Shown here: positions 52,430 through 64,000 of the stretch, piece by piece
How the letters are laid out: each line of letters begins with the position of its first letter
Position numbering within the stretch: position 1 is the first letter of the stretch
NCBI GenBank assembly: GCA_028534125.1
Contig: CM052817.1
Coordinates: 105,526,001-105,590,000 of the forward strand
From: Lama glama
Lineage: Eukaryota
Length of the DNA: 64,000 nt
Reading direction: 5' to 3'
Notes under the pieces: generated by a model
What the model was told of the DNA's origin: nothing
The model's input: only the letters and a program-made list of their open reading frames with translations
Database searches by the model: none
Position numbers and translations under genes: made by a program

Positions 52430-54800
52430 ACACTCCATTGTCTCCTGTTCAAGGTATATTAGAATTTATGTTGACGCATGTTCATCTTGACGCATGTTAT
52501 TTCTAGACTTGGTAATTCACCAAGATGAAAGGTTTGGCTTAAATTTGCATCTCCCAGATTACATGTATAGTTGAGCACTTTTTGAGATTTTTCTTAGCCA
52601 GAAGGATTAATTCACTCATAAAGCATGTATTTGAGTCTCTTGTTGGTAGATCTTTGGCACTGTCTTTTTTTTATTAATCTTTAGGAGATCTTTATTAATG
52701 TTACATATGAGCTCTTTGTTAGTTTCGTAGATGGCAGGTATCTTTTCCTGCTCATTGGCTTGCACTTTTGGTCTCTTTATAGTGTCTTTTGAGAAATAAA
52801 TGATCTAAATTATAGTGTAGTCAAATGTATAAATTATTATGGTGAGTTTTTTGTGCCTTGTTTAAGAAATTTTTCTATATTCCAAGATTATGAAGACATT
52901 ATATTTCCACCATATATTATTATAAATATATTTAGTATAAATATGTATGATTATATATAATCATATATCATATTATCAAGCATTCTTGAATTATTGAATT
53001 ATAATACTAAGGTTTAAAATATTTAGATATCTTCTTTTCTCTCCTTTCATTTTTGCATCTTTAAGCTTCCATCCAAGATCATTTTCCTTCTTCCTCAGGA
53101 ACATCCTTTAGAATTTACCTTAAGGCTAGTTACTAGAGATGAATTTTCATACTGTTTTTTGAAAGTATATTTATTTTAATTTTAATGTATATGAATAAAA
53201 TTTTAGGGTTGATTTTACTTTGCTTCATCACTTATAAATTTAATCCCAGTAGCTTCTTGTTCCTATTTTTGCTCATGTATCAGTTACTGAATTCTCCTTA
53301 CTGTAAGATCAATCTGTATTTTTCCATTTGCATAATTTTAAGATTTGCCTTTGATTTTTCTTCAGTTTTACTACTAAGCATCTGGGTGTGGATTATTCTG
53401 TTTTTTTCATTTGCTTTGCTTGGCATTTGATGATCTTCTTAAATCTATAGGTTGGTGTTTTTTAACATTTATGGAAAATTCTTAGCTGCTATTTCTTTAA
53501 ATATTGTTTCTGGTGCATTTTCTGTTTTCTCCTTCTGAGTTTCATATATACCTATGTTTGTTAACCTCATCTGTATTTTCAAATCTTTGTTCTTCTGCTT
53601 TTCATTCTGTAATGTTTCTTTTTTTTAATGGAAGTATTATCAATTTACTAAGTTATGTCAATTTCTGATATATGTCGTGTTGATTCAGTCATACATATAC
53701 ATAATGTATATTCATTATAGATTACTACAAAATATTGAATGTGGTTCCCTGTGCTATACAGTAGAAAGTTATTGTTATCCAGTTTTGTGAAGATTTCCTT
53801 GTAGTTCTGAGAGTAAGAGAGATAGTCTACTGAAGTTCAGTAGGTGTTCTATGAGAATTGTTCTTTACGTAGGTGCAGGTTTTGATGTATTCATGGGAGG
53901 TGAGCACTGCCTCCTTCCGTTCTGCCATCTTGGGAATCCCCTCTGTAATGTTTCTTTTAATCTCTTTTCCAGTTTACTAATTCTCTTTTGTACTATGTCT
54001 AATCTGTTCTTAAGGACATCACTTTAATCCTTAATTTCAGTTATTATATTTTCAAATAATATAATTTATACTTGGCCCTTTCATGAACTTATAACATTCA
54101 GAGATTATATATTTATGTTCTTTTTAGAATTTCTAAACTGATTTTATTTTCATAAATATAAATTGTTTAATCCTGGTGGGTTTGTTACTGTCATATGTCA
54201 TTTCTAGTCATTTTGATCATGCTGTTGTCTCTCTTTGTGTGCCATATTGTCCTTCGTTGTTTTCTGGATGTTTTATTTAAAAATTGCTTATAATAATAAT
54301 TAACTGAACTAGGATAATGCAATCTTATTATAGACAGGAAGACGTTATGATACATGAGACACCTAGACAAAGGTGGTCCTCAGTCCATGCATTCACCTGC
54401 AGAGTAAGGCACTTTCAAGTCCTGACACAGAGGGAGGCCATCCAGTACTGTCCTTGTCCCATCCATCCTGTATGCCTCTGGGAAGGAAAAGCCACATGGG
54501 ACATTTAGGCTGCACAATCATCTTCTCAAGGTGCAGAAACTCCCAAAGCAATGTGTGACTCCAGGTGCAACCTCGTCTCTCTAAGTTAGAATTCTCTTCA
54601 GGGCACAGGCTGGGAAACTCCCCTCTGTTGTGTTATCTCTTTCATGAGATAAGAATGGGAAAGCTATCTGTTTCATATATTCTTTAAAACATATTATGTG
54701 TATTTAATCCAGGGTTGTTTATTTGTTTGTTGTTGTTTTATTTCTTCAGTGGAAGTGTTAGTCCAAATTATCTAATCCATTGCTATTGATGAAATTTCTA
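52430..54800 (-). mobile_element. Ancient L1M(E) fragments (host of the 53623-53941 insertion)
   Basis: ttaaatttgcatctcccagattac..gttgagcactttt; ggaaaattcttagctgctatttctttaaatatt: old antisense L1 motifs. Confidence 0.6.
53623..53941 (-). mobile_element. Minimal L1-derived element: L1 5' end fused to L1 3' end (spliced-L1-like)
   Basis: Perfect 17-bp TSD tctgtaatgtttctttt (53606-53622, 53942-53958) followed by AA (TTTT/AA endonuclease site). Starts ggggattcccaagatggcaga (L1 5' end), ends in L1 3' UTR + poly-A; junction at 53779/53778. Confidence 0.85.
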
Positions 54801-57800
54801 GATCTCTTTTTAAATTTATTTTGCTTTATTTTGATATTACACATTATGATAGAAGCATAAAATTGTTTACAGATGAGCAACAAGTATAAAAATTCTAAAC
54901 ATTTTATCATAATAAATTAGTGTATATCTTGGCATGTCTAAATTAGATTAGACTTAACATTTATTTGGAAATCATCTGTTTATTGACAAAAAGCTACCAT
55001 CATAATTTCCCAGTTAGTTAAAAAGCTTGTCTTGAGTAATTGTGATTTTCTTGTTATAAGAATAATTAATTTCTTCTACCATTCCTAAGTGTCTTAAATT
55101 GTGATGTATTTCTTTTTATTTTAATTATTATCTGCTTTTTATTCATAATTCCATTTAGTGGAGTAGAAAAGGGAAAATACATGTTATTTTAAACTATTAT
55201 ACATCAAATTTCTCCTAGGTTTCATTCCTATAATATAGAAGTTATAAGCATGATCAATGCAGCAAGATTATGAGACTACCATTAAAATAAATAAAATATT
55301 CAACATAAGTATATACTTAGGAACTTGAAAAGATGTAGGTATTTAGAAGAGAATTTTGTTTATGATAAATTATCTTCTTACAATTTTACAGAATTGATTT
55401 TCAAACAAAGTTACTAATATCATCTTATTTTTGACTGGTGTTTCATAAATATTCATAATATTTTATTTCCTTTCTATACTATTTTAAGTTTACATACTAT
55501 TTTTAATCCAGGTTCCTATTTCTGTTTCTATCACTTCGTTGCTATTGGAATAAATGCTTCATCAATACTAACCTGCAGCAGTTGAAGTTGTTCTTAGCTC
55601 CACTTGTCTCTCCAACTTCGGATTCTGCTAAGGGAGAATTCAGTTTTTTTATTCCTTTGAAAACAAACTCTTAATATGCCTCTAAGCCAAATCATGAAAG
55701 TGAGAAACTATAGACTAGGAATCCACAGAAAGTAACTGTTTTACTTGCCTCTTGGCTTTTCCAAGTGAGCAAACGGAAGAAGCTGGTCTGGAAGTGACAT
55801 TAATAGTCTTCATAACATGAGATCAAAGGAAACATCACGGCTAGAGCTCTGATTTCTTTCCTTGAGTATTTGAGAGAGCATCCAAAAAAAGGCAAAGTGT
55901 GTAGGTCAGAAGAGTACTGAGATGTTTCGACAAACTCCCTACCCTCTGCTTTATCTGCCCTGTATAGTTTTACCTTTGGTCAGGACATCAGAAGACTCAA
56001 TGTCATGTGATACATGATTTTACTCAAAAAAAAAAAAAAAAAGACCTTTCAAATGTGCATTACCGTAGGAGCTAAAAAAGATAGAGAAGGGTACTAAAAT
56101 GATAGTTGTTATTTGCTTCATGTAACAGTGATTTGTACATAACTGGTGTAAGATGTTTGTGGATAAAATGCTACATTATAAAATACGTACATTGAAAAAG
56201 TGTATGTTAACCATAATTGATAAAGAATTGATTTTTCAAAAAGTTTCTTTGAAACTCTTATTTCTAAACTAATAACTGTGATCACAAATGCTCAGCTACA
56301 CCCAACCTTACTGATACCTTTTAAGATCACTTTAAATTTGGTATATAGATTGATTCATAGCTACTGTTTCAGGTTGTTAATGCATTTCTATATATAATCA
56401 CCATTTCTCTATGAAATTTACAAATGTGATGTGTTTCAGAAGCATTTAGTCACCATTATTAAAGCATTTCAGATGACATTAGAATATAGGAACAAAAATG
56501 TTTAACATTTGTGATTTTGTGAGAGTAAACCTTAGCCTGGTAGTAACTGTCAAGAAGACAAGTAAAGATGAGATGACAATTTGTAGGTAAAAGGAATCTT
56601 GCAGCTAAATTTATTTAAGGAAAGGGCTGCTTGATTTTGTTGATTAACATGTAAGCATAATTGGTTTTGTGAAATAGCTCTATATAGTATATTAAAGAAA
56701 AGGTGACAAGCGTAGCATAAAATATGCAGGAATTTGAAAAACTTTTTGAAATACATATCATTATTTAATAACACATATTACAGAGATTGTTTTAAAAGTC
56801 ATTTAAAAATGTAATCTCCAAATTAATGAAGAAGTTTTTACTGTTCATGTTAATATTCCCTGGGTGAATAGTAATTCTTAGTTCTAATTAGGCATCCTCT
56901 CAAAAATTACATTTTACAAGGATGTCCCACATAATGTTATGCCAGATCTCAGCATTTATTCTAAGATGTTCATATTATCTAATTAGCATTGTAATGTATA
57001 ACTACCAAAAGCACAACTAATTTGAATGTCCTGGGACCTAATATCAGATGCAAAAGGCTAGTAAAGACATTTCAAGGTGACTTAGTAGCAACTGTATTTC
57101 TAAATGCCAGAATAGCCAGTGCTAACATTCTGCTTTTAGAATCGGATGTCTCATTACCTCTCACCTGATTTGATGAGGAACCAGAAGCTGAATGTTAATG
57201 GAAAAATATTAATAATTCTTATGGGATACTCTATATGATGTTATTCCTTTTTAGTTTTCTCTCTTCCTGGAAGTTTATAATACTAGAGAAAAAGACAAAG
57301 AAACATTGTGTCTGCTAATTTCAAAAGTTTCCTATGCCTAATTGGTCAAATATATTTTCTTTTAGTGACTTAACATAAATATAAATACATATATAACAGA
57401 ATGAGTATTAAAGAAAAGAAGATTGAACATATTCCTTCTGATCTTATTACTCAGGGGACATTGAAATACAATGTGAACAAGAATGAATGTCGTTGGGGAA
57501 CATTAAACTGTCAATACAAATGACTGAGCAAGATGTTCGTTCCCATTTCTATCATTTCTATGGGTGACATAAAAATCAAAAGAATAAACTGCACAGAGTC
57601 TCTCTCATAAGATTTTCCATTTCAAAAACTTGCCTACCCCCATCTTTCACAACACAAAACAATGAAGACTTAAAAAACTGTGGCTTTTAGATTTAGAGAC
57701 AAGATGCTATGCAACAGAATACAAGGGTCAGTCTCTTTCTGTTTGTTTTTAATCCAACGATGGTGTGGCGGCCAGCATTCCATCCCAGCAGACATCTCTT

Positions 57801-59070
57801 AACATTGACATGTAACAAGTGCATGTGGAGGATTATATATGTTCGATCCTGGCCTTCGGATAAAAAGATAGGTGCCATTTTTGACATTCCAATTGGTGAT
57901 GGTACCAAAAAGTCAAAGACCTGTTTGTTGAGTAGTTATATTCTATAAAGGTTATTTGATTAGCATTCCTCTTCCTCCTCCAGATGAAGGCAGGATTCAG
58001 AAAGAGAGGGGAAGTAAGTAAAATGGTGAAAGGGAAGAAGAGGGGTTGGTGGAGGAGAAAGAGTGTCCATGATTATGTTTATTACAAATTAAAAGCCACC
58101 ACATTGGACACTGAACCCCCACAACCCATGAAAAATATCGCCAAGCACAGCAAAGGAATAAAGGGCAATCATGGTCTTCCCCAACCCCGTGGAAATTTCA
58201 ATGAGACGAGTGATTTTGATATGTCTGCCCTGGCTCCGACTGAGCAAAGTTAAAATTCAGGACTCCATCATGACATAGAAATGTCAGCGGGTCAGTGAAC
58301 GTCCGTTGTAAACTAAAGAGCAGTTGTCACGTGGGTGAAGACTGCTGGGATTACCCTGGGCATCTCTCATGATCAGGGACAGTGACGGAGTTGTTCTTTC
58401 CCACAGTTGGTAAGGATTGTCTGGAGACAGAACAGGAAAGCAGATCGAGATTACAAATGGTATTTCCTGCTTTGGCATCGTGGTTAGGAGAATCATGTTT
58501 GATGGTTATTTTAAAAATATATTTAAATTTAAAATTTAAGAGCAAGGAAGCGAGCGCACTCTACACATCACATACCGTCTGATAAAGACAGCTGACAGAA
58601 TTTCAGTAAATTGCCATTTGGTGGGTGAACTTTAGTTTTTTCCCTCCCTCAACTTCCCAAATAAATCTTATTCCTTTAGAGTCAATTTATATTTCCCAGC
58701 ATAACGATGTATTTTACCCATTCAGCTATGCTAGTGTTCTCTGAAGCCAGCCAGCGATGAGCTCACCTCACCTACAATATAAATCTATCAGTGAATAAAC
58801 AACATCATTTTTATTTCAATGCCGATGACACACTACATGTTGATTTGGCAGTTAAATAATTTATCTCTCTTTTGGGTGCAATCTGCTAGGCTTATTATAA
58901 CTCTCCTTCTGATACTCATTTCATGTTTAATAGTTCTTTGCCTCACGTGGATGCCCGTCAGTCAATTAAATTGAAATGTCATTCTGACCTTTTATTGGAA
59001 ACAACTTACTATTTTTTTTCATTTCATCTCAAGCTTTTTTTTTCCATTTTATTCAAATTAAAAGCCTTAA

Positions 59071-64000
<4,930 letters not shown>

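Noticed and set aside
52468..52500. Short direct repeat ttgacgcatgtt x2 (also a 10-nt repeat x3 near 63823-63851)
   Set aside because: Local slippage duplications within old L1 sequence; no spacer structure, not CRISPR-like.

Overview
AT-rich mammalian genomic DNA, most likely camelid (alpaca or camel), judged from tRNA-Ala-derived SINEs resembling vic-1 and artiodactyl-type L1 3' ends. The window lies inside the large neuronal gene FSTL5 (+ strand). It contains one 167-nt coding exon (59153-59319, start of the first Ig-like domain); everything else is intron, including a 500-N assembly gap. The intron is dense with L1 fragments (mostly antisense, two 5'-inverted), solo LTRs, MIR/L2, Tigger/hAT remnants and SINEs, plus a degenerate NXT1 retrocopy. 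Most notable: (1) a 319-bp TSD-flanked element joining an L1 5' end directly to an L1 3' end at what looks like a splice junction; (2) an NXT1 retrocopy and a nearby MIR with strong AT-to-GC/CpG gain, suggesting GC-biased gene conversion; (3) candidate recursive-splice and 3-nt micro-exon motifs. No prokaryote-type system or novel protein-coding gene is supported. Gene and repeat-family assignments are from memory, not a database search; repeat boundaries without TSDs are approximate.
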